Source: Mytilus californianus
Lineage: Eukaryota
DNA: 64,000 bases
Direction of reading: 5' to 3'
Assembly (NCBI RefSeq): GCF_021869535.1
Contig: NW_026262679.1
Location: forward strand, 52,390,001 to 52,454,000
Part shown: positions 11,401 to 24,240 of the stretch, piece after piece
Layout: each line of letters starts with the position of its first letter
Numbering within the stretch: the first letter of the stretch is position 1
Program-made: the position numbers and the translations under genes
Notes under the pieces: model-generated
What the model was told of the DNA's origin: nothing
Database searches by the model: none
What the model saw: only the letters and a program-made list of their open reading frames with translations

Positions 11401-13136
11401 TTATGAAGATTAAAAAACTCATCAAAGATACCAATATTAATAAAAATCATGTGTGTTATGATTTGTAAAGCGGACCAATTCACTCACAAACAAATAAAAG
11501 TCTGACAAATGTGTGTTTATACACAATCTCTGAAAAATGGGTTTTTCCTATTTGTTTTTCTAGGTTTAGTGATGTTTAAACTGGAGCAATTCAGTCTACT
11601 TCTTTCTTAAAAGTCCTTCAGACGTTTTTGGTTTGTGGGTGAGTTGATCTAGTAAACATCTAGATAAACTGCGAGTAATTGTGTTAAATCCTATGCTATT
11701 TTATAAATCCATCAATATTTACAATATTACATAATAGTGTTTATGAATATATATCAGCATCTTAGAATTTTGCCATGTATTATTCATTTATAATATAAAA
11801 TTATTTTCTTGCAGAAAAAGGTAACTGCGTGTGTTCTAAATTTAATCTATGGTGTATTGAATATATCATAGTACTTCTAAAGTTAATTGATTAAATGAGA
11901 AAAGAAAACATCAAAAACGTAACTCATTATCATGCTAAAAAATGTATGTCATAAAGAGAAAAAATGTATCCGTGCATGTAAAACGTATGAGCTTATCTGG
12001 ATATAAGTACGCTATGATTGATGACAGATATTGAAATCAGATGATAGAAAGACAGCAAATGCCAAAAGCTTAAAGCCCTTGAAGTACATAATACTAAATC
12101 AATACGCACGGTTTACCTCGATAGTTTCCAGCAACTCATTGTTGATTCATACATTAAAGAAAGTATGATAAGGTCATTTTAGGGTAAATTTATATATTTT
12201 TGAATTATGTCTTACATGTTTGCTTCATTTGTTCAAATTTGTTGCTTTAAATTCAACACTGCAAAAATGGACAAAATAGCCTTAATTTGAAATGTCGTCA
12301 TTTAAAATATTAAGAAATGAGCCATGGCCTTGCTCAAGAAGATATTTTGCGACTGTCACACAAGTGAGAGGTTTAGCCAGCTATAAAACCAGGTTTAATC
12401 CACCATTTTCTACACAAGGTAATGCCTGTACAAAGTCAGGAATATGACAGTTGTTTTCCATTCGTTTGATGTGCTTGAGCTTTTGATTTTGCCATTTGAT
12501 AAAAGACTTTCCGTTTTGTTCCTTGAAGTTCGGTATTTTTGTTATTATACCTTTTGTTACTAGATGTCTTAAACAAATACGTTAAAGTGGATAGAATATA
12601 TTTTTGGGTAAGGCCTTGGCTCCTATCTTAATTTGTGAATAACTATTATATAATATGACCCATTTTGGTAAAATATATGTATGTCGATTTCAACAATTTC
12701 ATGACATCAGAGTGACATCACAATGAACCGTTTGTACTAAAAGTGTTAAGATCACATTATACTATCCATTTATCAATGAAACTAACATTATTTTGAAATA
12801 AGGGGAAAAATCATAATTTTTTGCAATATCAGGAGGCAGATAGTTGCTCTTAACATACTACCATCCTTACAGTAACATAGCTTCGTCAGTGATTTCTTTG
12901 TTCGTAAACAAGAAACAAATAAAAATTTCAACACATTTCATTATATGTTATTTATATAATTGGGTTTCTGTTGCAATCATTCATATTTTCCTGTCCATTC
13001 AAGATGACCTGTATATTATTTTTGGAACGACTGTACTAGTAGATGATACAAAATATATGTTAAGTCAATGTTCAATTCTAAGTTAAGTTCAATCTTCAAT
13101 ATGTTTAATGAAATACTAATTTGATAAAACTTTTAC

Positions 13137-13360
13137 CTTAGCGCGAGGGTCTTTGTTCAGATCCAGTGGATTAATGACAGTGAAAGGTTTCAGGGTCGAT
13201 ATATCAGATACCCATAGCTTCTCAAGGGTAGCGGAGACGTATGTCCTAACACGTCCAATGGATCCCTCGTATGTAGTTGGACAGCCAGTTGGTACAAAGA
13301 ATTCAAATGGAAATTTGTGCACTCCTTGTGGAAGATAATGTGTCTCTGCTTTGTTGGCAC
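13137..13360 (-). CDS. ARRDC: Alpha-arrestin exon (second half of arrestin-N domain)
   Basis: ttgtag|GT ... AAG|gtaaaa, 224 nt, phase 1/0. Encodes (G)ANKAETHYLPQGVHKFPFEFFVPTGCPTTYEGSIGRVRTYVSATLEKLWVSDISTLKPFTVINPLDLNKDPRAK, with the LPxGxHxFPFxFxxPxxxPxxYEG and FTVINPLDLN motifs. Confidence 0.95.
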
Positions 13361-13504
13361 CTACAAGAATATATAATTTAACAACCTCATTATCGTTTTC
13401 TTAGAAATTTATTTTCGTAACAACAGAATGAAGTTTGAAAATCTTAAAAAAGGCAAGAGAGAAGCACTGTCAAAGTAACATTACCTTATAATGCCATAAA
13501 TCTA

Positions 13505-13860
13505 TATGTGAAATATACATATTAGGGTGAAGGTTGGCGCCTGTTAAAACGTTTAAACCCGCTACATTTGTTTGCACCTGTCCTAAGTCAGGAACCTGTT
13601 TCAGTGGTTGTCGTTTGTTGATGTGGTTCTTAAGTGTTTTCGTTTCTCGTTTTTTATATAGATTAGACCGTTGGTTTTCCTGTTTGAATTGTTTCACACT
13701 AGTCATTTTGGGGCCGTTTATAGCTTGCTGAGCTGTTCGGTGTGAGCCAAAGCTCCGTGTTGAAGGCCGTACTTTGACCTATAATTGTTTAATTTTTACA
13801 CATTGTGACTTGGATGGAGAGTTGTCTCATTGACACTCATACCACATCTTCTTATTTCTA
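13505..13860 (+). repeat. Abundant ~300-350 bp interspersed repeat (ends ...GTTGTCTCATTGGCACTCATACCACATCTTCTT)
   Basis: Near-identical copies at 17281-17572 (+), 34640-34900 (-) and 42730-43000 (-). More degenerate copies at ~7240-7550, ~11040-11260 and ~41860-42160. One end is constant and the other is variably truncated. Confidence 0.85.
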
Positions 13861-15099
13861 TATAGATTTTATATCCAGCAGTTAGCATGTATCACTACAT
13901 GACAAATCCCACAAAATGTTAAGTATATTAAGCTTGGATAATATAATCTTAGACTTCATAGGTATTTTCTACTCCTGTGTACCATAGAAAAGTACCCTGG
14001 TTACTTTTACTTGATCAAATGGCACCCCAATTTATTTGTTTTTGTGAAATAGTACACAGGGTAACTACGAAGGACAAAAAGTACCCAGATCAATGGGAAT
14101 TATGCCGTTTTTATAAGTTTCTATAGATTCTAGGTAACTGTAAAACCATCCAATCATTTTCGACTACTTTCATAACGACTGCCATATCATGCTGTTAAGA
14201 TGCAAGTGTATGGTGGGTTAAACATCACCAACAAACTAAAACAGTACGAAAACAATTGCATGATATCTAATCTGGGTACACTTTTAAGATCGGGTGTTCA
14301 CCTGGGTACCATTAACAACTTTTATCCTAACATGGGTACTTTTTCTAACTTAAAACATACTCAGTGTAAAGTTGTTATAGTACCCAGGACGATAATGACC
14401 CGTTGTGCCATCTGGTATTTTCTCACTTCGGTTCCTGCTTATCGGTAGATATGATATAATGATTGACGGTATTTTCCTCAATAGTTTTTCCTCATATAAT
14501 AATTTTTCTTGTGCAGATTGATACTCATATTTCAGGATAAAAAAAAAACTTATTGTAAACCCTTTCATCTGTGTCATTTTGATCAGCTCGTTAGAAAAGG
14601 TACCACAACATTTGTTGAGCATATCAGTTTAACCAGAAATTATAGAATACGTCATAATGCTTAACAGACATTGATATTAATTTACTCAAATGTTATCGTC
14701 AGTAAGCTTGTCACAAATAATATGGTTTATATAATGAATATTGAAAAACATTCTGAACATTCTGATGAAGGTAAATCCAGAAACGCACTTCGGACGCATG
14801 AAATTTATAAAGTGATGTTTTCATCTTTTGTTCAAATAAACCCTTGTTTCCCAGTGCAACTGAAATTCCATGAACCTTTTCTCGGTCAATATTTCATTAT
14901 TTGTGATCGTAAATTGGTTGTATATTTTATTATATTCACTAAATTGTTTATTTGTACTAAATTTCATAGAAGTTATATTCTTCAAACAAACGAAATCAAA
15001 TGTTTTTCATCTCTTCATTATCATCCTCGTTTCTTTGCAGAATTCATATTGAAAAGAAACGCACTGGACAATGCAAATCAAAGATTGATGAACACGTGC

Positions 15100-15375
15100 T
15101 ATTATGAAACCTTAGTTCATAGAAATTATTACATTCGTAGGAATAAAAGATATTGTAAATCATTGTCTCTACTTATTTCTCAGTTCATAGAGATCATGAC
15201 TAGTCGTAGAATAAAAGGTATTGTAAAACAAAGTCTTCGTCTATTTCCCAGTTCGAAGAGATCATGACTTGTGATAGAATAACATATATTGAAAAGCATT
15301 TTTCCCACCTATTTCCCAGTTCGTAGAGATCATGACTTGTGGTAGAATTAACGATATTGAAAGCATTGTCAAAAT
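15100..15375. repeat. Degenerate ~69-bp tandem repeat, about 4 copies
   Basis: The core CCAGTTC(A/G)(T/A)AGAGATCATGACT(A/T)GT..TAGAAT recurs at roughly 69-bp spacing. Confidence 0.7.
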
Positions 15376-17280
15376 CATGCATTACAACAATGTAATCATA
15401 GAATGTGTTGTGCATTTTTCCAGATCAGATGGTTTATTCCATTCCAAACACATTAATGCAAAGATATAATCGTATATCCAATAATTCTTAAATAAAAGTT
15501 TGAATTATGTTGTTAAATAAAGTACTTCACTTTATTTCAAAATGTCACTATGTAATATTGCGACACGGTGCTGACCTAGTAAATCACAGTTTGAACCATT
15601 CTCTTGATAGACTTGCGATTTCAGGCTTGATTCTGCTTGTTTAAGGATTTCATTTAGATTAATATGAATTAATTAAACAATTTTACGCCATACTTTTCCA
15701 ATAGAATGGGGGAAAAAGATCAAAGATGAAGTTATATTGTCGAATGAATAAATTGAAAAGCGAATTTATTCTAGATTAACCACAAAAGAGTTTGGTGTTA
15801 GTGCATTTATGATGCATTATTATTAAACGTGGAACAGATTCAGAATTAATTGGACTTTTGTATGTCTTTTTTATTCTTCTACCTGACTGATCTTTATCTT
15901 CAATGAAAACTACAATACATAACTACTCTTCAGATTCAATCATATGTAGCCAAGGAATTTAGTTCAATAAAAATAAGGACAAAGAGTGGTTGTAATAGGT
16001 AGCTTTATATATGTGATAGTTAAGTGCTGATCCTTACATGTAAAAAGTGCTACAAGTGCATTTATGATATAAAAAAAAAGGAATTGAAAATGAAACAATA
16101 AAACCAATTCTTATTTTTTTAAGGATAATGTTTAGATATGTATGTTATGAATCATGTCAGTGGCGAAAAATTGACTAAATGGCTGACGATACTCTGCGGA
16201 CTAATAGTCAAACACCAGCGACATCGACTTCTTACAAGAAATGAATAATTACACTTTATGAATATAAAGATAATACTCTTCATTCTTTATTGATCAACAA
16301 TTTGTACTGTATTCTGCTGCATGCATAGATTAATTTGTTAAAATGGGTCAGGATACAAACCAGCAAAAATCGAATGTTATTCAATCAGGTAACTTGGTAT
16401 TGATAACGTCTACTTAATTTTCATGAATGGCTACAGAATAAACTTGCAAACTTATAATTCGCAAATACTCTGACAATTTTAACGAGAAAACAAAACTCTA
16501 AACAAATAAATTTGGTGATAAATATATGATTTGTTAAAAATAACGATATATCATCGAACGAAAATGCAAAATTTTGAAATTATTTTTTTCTGAATTCATG
16601 CATTTGAAAGGAAACTTGAAAAGTATACTTTTGATAAAATACAATTTCTTATGTTTTTTGTTTTTTTTGGAAAACTGCAACATATATAACTCCTTCATTA
16701 TTTATGACTCCTGGGTGTCAAGTTAAAACATAATTTCACATTTGGAGCATATCTGATATAAGTATCTGGTGTACAAATAGTCTTCGCCAAAAGATGTGTT
16801 TCTATATATATTATATGTAAAAATTCCTATCTTCCAAAGTTTTTTAATATTTTTTTGCGAACAATATAATGAAGTTTTTCCATGACTTCAAAAAAGTTTT
16901 TCACACGCAAGACATAAGTAATATCGCCATTACCATTAGCTTTTTCATAATATTTTAGAGCTAACGAGTCTCTTGGTAGATCTAATCTTCGAACTGAAGG
17001 TGTGACCACTCAATTTAGGACTGTGCTCTTTACTGTAAGTAAAAAAGTTTTTACTCGAAATCCACCGAAACAAGTGTTGTCTAATAACACAATATAAATT
17101 AAGGCGACAGCAGTTTACCGATGTTCAAATCTCGTAAATCGATTAGGAAGAGACAGATCAAGGTAACAAACAAAAACTGAGGTAATAGCATCAACTCCAC
17201 GACAACAGTTGAATTTAATATTTTTTTTATTACATTTCTATCTTCGTTTGTGCTCAAATGCCTTGTTGTGACAAATACTT

Positions 17281-17572
17281 CATTTGTTTGCACCTGTCCT
17301 AAGCCAGGAACCTGTTTCAGTAGTTGCCGTTTGTTGATGTGGTTCTTAAGTGTTTCTCGTTTCTCGTTTTTGATATAGATTAGACCATTGGTTTTCCTTT
17401 TTCAATTGTTTTACATTAGTCATTTTGGGGCCCTTTATAGCTTGCTGTTCGGTGTGAGCATTGGCTCCGTGTTGAAGGCCGTACTTTGACCTATAATTGT
17501 TTACTTTTCACACACTGTGACTTGGATGGAAAGTTGACTCATTGGCACTCATACCACATCTTCTTATTTCTA
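17281..17572 (+). repeat. Copy of the ~350-bp interspersed repeat family
   Basis: Aligns by eye with 13565-13860 with few substitutions. Confidence 0.85.
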
Positions 17573-20500
17573 CTTAACATCTGATTGACGAGAAATGAAA
17601 TAACACTCTTTTTTTAAATTTTTGAGTCCGAAGCCCTTCATCAGGATCCCTTATAGCCAAGGAAATGAAAGCCAAGAATGTATAAGTACCGAAACAAGTG
17701 AAAAGCTTTATGACCAAAGGGACTATATATAATAGCCAAAATCCACCTGTGGTCAACTTTGCCTGTTCCTAGGAGTTGGAACCTTATTTTCTTAATAATT
17801 TCGTAATTTATTAACCGATAATTTAGGAAAAACATGTCATTATCTTGTCAGCACAGAAACACTGACTACTGAGTTGATGATACCCTCGGGAACTAATAGT
17901 AAATCAACAGTGGTATCGACCCATATGGGATACATCTACCGATCAGTATCGAGAAATATATTAAAACGATAACAGGTTGGGTGAAATGATAAAATGATTG
18001 CAATAATTAGTAAATGCATAAACTAATATGTAATATGCTTTTAATCCAAAATGACTGTAAAGATTATCATCTGTTAATATTTTTATTAGAAACTAAAGTT
18101 ATTCATGTACATACAATGTTATACATTTTTCAACAAAGCACTTGAAAGTATTATTAATAAGGTTGCATTTATGTCAAACCCTTGTACATTCAATTTTACA
18201 AACCAAAAGCAAGCAAGCTACAGCACACTAGATACAACTATATAAAGAAGTTTTTACTTGAATTAAAAATAAGTAGAAATTACATAAAAATCATTCCTGG
18301 CAATGTTTAATTTTTAATTAAGAATAGTATTCAATAAAGTAAATTTTCAACGTTTATCGATATTATGACTCCCATCATTGTGTATATGTATATATAGCGT
18401 CAATATTCATGGTTTATGAGTTTTTATATATATAGAAAAAGAAACAGGGAATCATGATACATCGCAATTTCTTATCCATCAGCGTATTCCTTTTGCGTGT
18501 AGGTTTTTATAATGTTGAGTGTCAAATTAATGTAGTATCGACTAATGGAAAAAATTCATTAAAATATAGTAATAACAAACTATCACTTAGTTAATAGATG
18601 AGTATACGTTTTGTATTTCTTTTGGTTTTATTTTTGCAGTGGGAAGTCGCACATGTGTACCAATTATTGGTAAAGATTCCCCTTCTGTTGTCAGTTTCTA
18701 TTTGCACATGCGTTAATTTTTTTCCATTCTTGCAGATCATAACATATAATTGGCAAACGTTATATTGGAATAACAATGCAAACCAAACTTTTTAAGTCGA
18801 TATCCTTTTATCTTACGTTTAACACTGCCTATTATAGAGGTTTATCACGCATTAGATAAGGAATCAGAAATACTACCGTACAAAGTAAAAGACCATAAAA
18901 ACCATTAGAGCGCAATATCGGAAACATTAAATCTATAGATACATTTAAACTCTTGGTATCATACAAGCTTACTATCGTCTCTCTGCATTCCACAAGATGT
19001 CAGTGTTTTCTAACTTATTATTTAATCATCTCAGATTCACTAAGGTGAAATTGACTCTTACTATCTAGATAATTTTCTGTTTACGTCCTTTATCATTGGT
19101 AGTCCCAAATGTTTTATACTTTGATTTTATGCACACCTGATAGTTATTTAGAAATCAGGTATCTTAATGAGGATACAGTATTTTTATAAACAAAACCCCC
19201 ATAGGTTTAAAAGGTCTTGAGTGTTAAGATGTTCTGCGTTTTTTCTACATATATGATACATTTTTGTTACTGAAAATGTGACTCTTTAAATTTTTCCCGA
19301 AAACGAATACACTTTATTAATCTGTCAAAGACTAAAACATATTGTTTTCATATTTTCGTTTATCAATATCAGACGTAACTCATGTGTTAAACTCCCGATT
19401 TTCTGATGTTCAAGTTTTTCGCCTTGCATTTGTTTATATTTTGGGTTCGCGTTCATCTCTGAATTTTCAATTTGATTAACTTATTTGATTTAGTACTTGT
19501 ATTTATTTTCAATTGTGTACTTTTCCTACTGTTATGTGCTAATAAAGATTATTTTTTAAATTTTACGATTTTTCTTCCAATATTTCGTCCAATTAATTGA
19601 TTTTGAATACAAAAACATATCATTTTAAAGTCTTCAAGGGTTTTCATAACCGAGGAAACAATTCCAATAAATAATTAATTAGTTTTATTAGAATATTGTG
19701 TGTTATTTCAATGGTGATTTTAATTGTTGAAAAATTCTGCGCAGTGCAATCTTTGTTAATTATTCTTGCTCGTTGAAGTGAATCTATTTTTTTCTTTGAT
19801 ATTTTAGAAAAAGAATATGAAATTTAAACGTATTGCACTCAAAATTTACAATGTCAGAATACAGAATTGACAGGCTGTACTTGTTCTTGGAACATGCTTT
19901 TTGAAAAATCCCGATTTCTGCACATTCAGATATTCCAACGGATATTTCATTAACCCAAAGCAAGTGCATGTATATACATAATTTGTTAAAAGTTTTACTT
20001 CCTAAACTACAAAAAATATATCAATTGAAAAGAGTCGAAAATTTCCATTACCTACTTATAAGTAAAATGACTAAATGAATGCATGCGCTTTATGGATTTA
20101 GCACAAATTCTGTATCAGATTTGAAATTGCATATAAATTTAAAACCTCGAAAGTCTTCACGACATTAAATGGATGATCATGTTATAAATGATACCTATTA
20201 TGACAATGCACGATAGACGTGTTCCATCGGTCGAACTAGAATTAGATTGTACAGGGCTTAGATCACAAATAACATATACTTCGTCTGAAATAAAGTCGAA
20301 AATGTAAGCTCTGAGACGTCCATTTTTTGTCTTTCTCCCAATGGGTTTTATGGCAACTCCTTCTGCACTGTGCCCAACGCCTTAGATCAATCTACCAATA
20401 AGATATACATGTATAACAAATAGATTTTGCTAGTGTAGTGAATGTTTTTTGGTTTTTTTCATCTAGGTGTGCTACAGTAACACAGTATATTATATATGCT

Positions 20501-21385
20501 GTCATGTAGATGGAATACCTCACAGATCAGGAGTGCTTGTCAGTCGTAAACATTGATAATAATTCAATGCAGTGATATCAATATGTTTTCATTTTATACG
20601 TTTAAATAAACACATTTCTACGACAGAAATTCTCAATAGATCTAGATGATACAGGGCATAGATCACAAATTGCATATAGTTCGTATGAAGTCTAACAATC
20701 TCAGATCTGCAAATTCGCGGTAGCACTTTGTTTGTCCATCACTCAGCGAGATTTGACTCCATGATACCATAGAATCATTTGTTCAAACCCAGCGGAAGAA
20801 AGAAAACATTTGAAGTTTTGAATCGGCTTTTTTCAGGGTCCCAATTATATTTCATTTGTTTTGTCAACAAATGAAAATCAAGACATAAAAATAAGAGGCT
20901 GTGGTGTGATTGCCAATAAGACAACTTTTCACCAAAGACGAAATTACGTAGGAGTTGTCTTTTCTAAACATGCGAGTCATACACTCTCATATGCTACGAC
21001 TTTGAATACGTGATACTGAGTTTTTAAGAGTTTGAAACAAACGATATTGCGACAGAAGACCAAAGCTTGTTATTTGTAATATTCATAAATATGTCAGTTC
21101 CGGTGTTAGAACAAGGAACACCAAAGAAACATATTTCTCATCAACTTCAAGGCATTGACCGTGAAATGCAAACCCAAATCTTGAATTGCTACTAGAGACC
21201 GACAGAATGAAGGAACAGTATTTATAATATAATATGTTTTGAATAAAAATTAAACAGATCTAGTCAATAATGATGCGCAGTTGGTGATAACAGGAATAGT
21301 GATAGTGAATTCTCCTAATGCACTATCAATCAGAAAGCTGATTGCGGTACCGATTTCAATACGCTAGATATTTGTTTCTACAATT

Positions 21386-22317
21386 AAAGAACCTTAGTGA
21401 GCGCGCTCACATACCCCACGTCCCCACATTGTCATTGGATAAATAAAATAAGTGTAAGAAAACAAAATTGAATCATAATTTCCTGTCAATATGCAAATCT
21501 ACATAGTATGTCCTTATTATCTACAAAGTTTCATGAAATTCTGTTGTGTGGTTTCAGAGGAGTTGTGATGACAAACTGTTGCAAAAGTACATTGAAGCAA
21601 ATAAGTTCAAAGGGGCGTAACACTAAGAAAAAAAATTAATCGTAATTTCCTGTCGATATGCACAACTACATAGTATGTCCTTATTATCTAAAATGGTTTC
21701 ATGAAATTCTGTTGTGTGGTTTCAGAGGAGTTGCGATGACAAACTGTTGCAGTAGTACATTAAAGCAAATAAGTTCAAAGGGGCGTAACTCCTGAAAAAA
21801 AAATTGAATCTGAATAGCCTGTCGATATACACATCTTCGTAGTATGTCCTTATTATCTGAAAAGGTTTCATGAAATTCTGTTGTGCGGTTTGAGAGGAGT
21901 TGCGATGACAAAAGGTTGCAGTAGTATATTGGGCAAATAAGTTCAAAGGGGCGTGACTCCTGGAAAAAATTGAATCGTAATTTCCTGTCGATATGCACAT
22001 CTACGTAGTATGTCCTTAGTATTTGAAAAGGTTTCATGAAATTCTGTTGTGCGGTTTGAGAGGAGTTGCGATGACAAAAGGTTGCAGTAGTATATTTGGC
22101 AAATAAGTTCAAAGGAGCGTAACTCCTGGAAAAAAAAATTGAATCGTTATTTCCAGTCGATATGCACAACTACATAGTATGTCCTTACTATCTAAAAAGG
22201 TTTCATGAAATTCTGTTGTATGGTTTGAGAGGAGTTGCGATGACAAGAAATAGGACTAACGGACTGACGGACTGGCGGACGGACAGACGGACGGACGGAC
22301 GGACAGACAGACGGACA

Positions 22318-22371
<54 letters not shown>
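21386..22371 (+). mobile_element. Non-autonomous Helentron-type element (HINE / DINE-1 / pearl-like) carrying a ~168-bp satellite array
   Basis: Inserted at tt|aa. 5' palindrome GTGAGCGCGCTCAC (21397-21410). Subterminal inverted repeat ATACCCCACG (21411-21420) / CGTGGGGTAT (22359-22368). About 4.6 tandem copies of a ~168-bp unit (21470-22245), a (GGAC)n microsatellite (22261-22325), and a 3' hairpin TTATACCC-TCCGCAAC-TC-GTTGCGTG-GGGTATAA. Confidence 0.85.
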
Positions 22372-22373
<2 letters not shown>

Positions 22374-22689
22374 CCTGTATCGGGTACGTTCTAAACCAGA
22401 CGTTACCGATGTCCCATAGATAAACATTTGTGAGACAACTAAATGCCACTAAACAATACAGCCGAAAACCGATACAGGGAAAGATTTTCTGAGTAGTTAA
22501 AATCTATCTGCAATTTAAAATACAATGATATGAAAATTTATAAATGACAATATACTGTCGAAATGTACCATTTAATACGTGACCATACCGAAACTCTGGC
22601 TACTTATCTGGTTTCACCTTTGGAGACTGGCAGTTCACAAGAAGCGGTAGTAAAATAAAAACAGGTAAAGATTTCTGTGTACATCACAC

Positions 22690-22925
22690 ATGTTTTGACA
22701 GGTGACACATGTGGATCAGTATCTGCTTATCCTTTGGAATCACAGGAGTTCATCCCTAGTTTTTGGTGGGGTTCGTATTGCTCAGTCTTTAGTTTTCTGT
22801 GTTGTGTTTTGTATACTGTTGTTTGTCTTTTGGTCTTTTTCTTTTTTTTTCGCCATGGCGTTGTCAGTATATTTTCGACTTACTTATGAGTTTGAACGTC
22901 CCTTTGGTATCTTTCGGCTCTCTTT
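22690..22925 (+). repeat. Short repeat matching the 3' region of the Penelope-like element
   Basis: Same sequence family as 1140-1310. Further copies at ~4670-4870, ~5500-5700, 26330-26590 (-), 37690-37830, 40400-40540 (-), 45370-45530 (-), 50330-50480 (-), 58730-58980 and 60230-60440. Confidence 0.8.
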
Positions 22926-22977
22926 TTCAAGAATAATCAGAAAAGGTTAGTACAAATAAGCCAAGAATACCTTTAAT

Positions 22978-23286
22978 TAAAGTAATTTTCACCCCGTAAG
23001 TTTGTGTAAAGCCTTTATCAGACAATACTGACAGAGAACTTTCATTTCCAATGTGTTTGGTATCCATCAGAGTATAATTTCTCTTCACCAAAAGCCAATG
23101 TATACCATATTTTTTATTTGTATATGAAGTTCTAAAATTTGCAACCTTTTTAGGCATCTCTTACTATGTAAATATTGTCCGAATTGTAGATACACATGCA
23201 AAACGTACTTTGGGTGAGATATAAACATTTTCGTTTTGATGAATATGAAGAGGTATCGTACGATTATGAACAATTGCATTAGGTTA
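22978..23286. repeat. 309-bp direct repeat, copy 1 (copy 2 at 24241-24549)
   Basis: Both copies run TAAAGTAATTTTCACC ... CAATTGCATTAGGTTA at a constant offset of 1263 and differ by scattered substitutions. The ORF track shows near-identical peptides at 23085-23279 and 24348-24542. Confidence 0.92.
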
Positions 23287-24240
23287 CTGTGACTTGACTG
23301 TAAGTGTTGCTCTCCACCTATTGCAACTTATTCAAAATTCTGACCAAATTGCAATTTGTTTTATAAAACCAAACTGTTCTACTGGTCAGAATTTTTAACA
23401 AACTGCTGTAGAAAACTACAGTCAAGTCGTGAAAGTGCAAGGTGATAAAATAATGCATACTTACAATCCTATAAGACTTTAATTCCACTTTAATGTTATT
23501 ATGAAAAATCAGTCTAACAGTTTGTATAGAAATTTTATTGTTATTGTCAAGCTTAAGGTGATAGGTAGTAATTTTGAATTGCTATAAAAATGTCCAAAAT
23601 AAGCTTTCATACAATTTTTCTTTCGAAAAGTCTTCTATATTCATAAGAATCAGACATCATTTGAATTAAAACATCTTATATTCAGTATAATGTATGTGAA
23701 ATTACAATACGTTGTTAATAAGTTTCCATGGGAGATAACCTTAAACATTATTCTTTTGAATATAAAAAACTTTTCGAAAGAAAAATTGATTATCTCCCAT
23801 GGAAACTTCCTAAAAACGTATTGTAATTTTACACATATTTTACTGAATATAAAATGTTTTGTAATTCAAATGATGTCTGATTCTTATGACTATAGAAGAC
23901 TTTTCGAAAGAAAATTTGTATGAAAGCTTAGTTTGGACATTTTTATAGCAATTCAAAATTACTACCTACCACCTTTAGCATGACAATAACAATAAAATTT
24001 CTATACAAACTGTTAGACTGGTTTTTCATAATATCATTGAAGTGGAATTAAAGTCTTATAGGACTGTAAGTATGCTTTATTTTATCACCTTGCACTTTCA
24101 CGATTAGACTAGTTTTCTACAGCAGTTTGTTCAAATATCTGACCAGTTTAACAATTTGGTTTATAAAACAAATTGCAATTTGGTCAGAATTTTGAATAAG
24201 TTGCAATAGGTGGAGAGTAACACTAACAGTCAAGTCACAG
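23287..24240. mobile_element. 954-bp foldback / MITE with ~450-bp inverted arms
   Basis: Arms 23287-~23738 and ~23790-24240 are reverse complements along their whole length (termini CTGTGACTTGACTG / CAGTCAAGTCACAG) around a ~50-bp spacer. TA dinucleotide on both flanks. No transposase ORF. Confidence 0.9.

Noticed and set aside
14671-15267. 198-aa plus-strand ORF as a gene
   Set aside because: It runs across a repeat fragment and a degenerate tandem repeat, has no recognisable domain, and lies antisense within an intron.
21699-22449. ORFs of 74-156 aa in the satellite region
   Set aside because: They are translations of the ~168-bp satellite and the (GGAC)n microsatellite.
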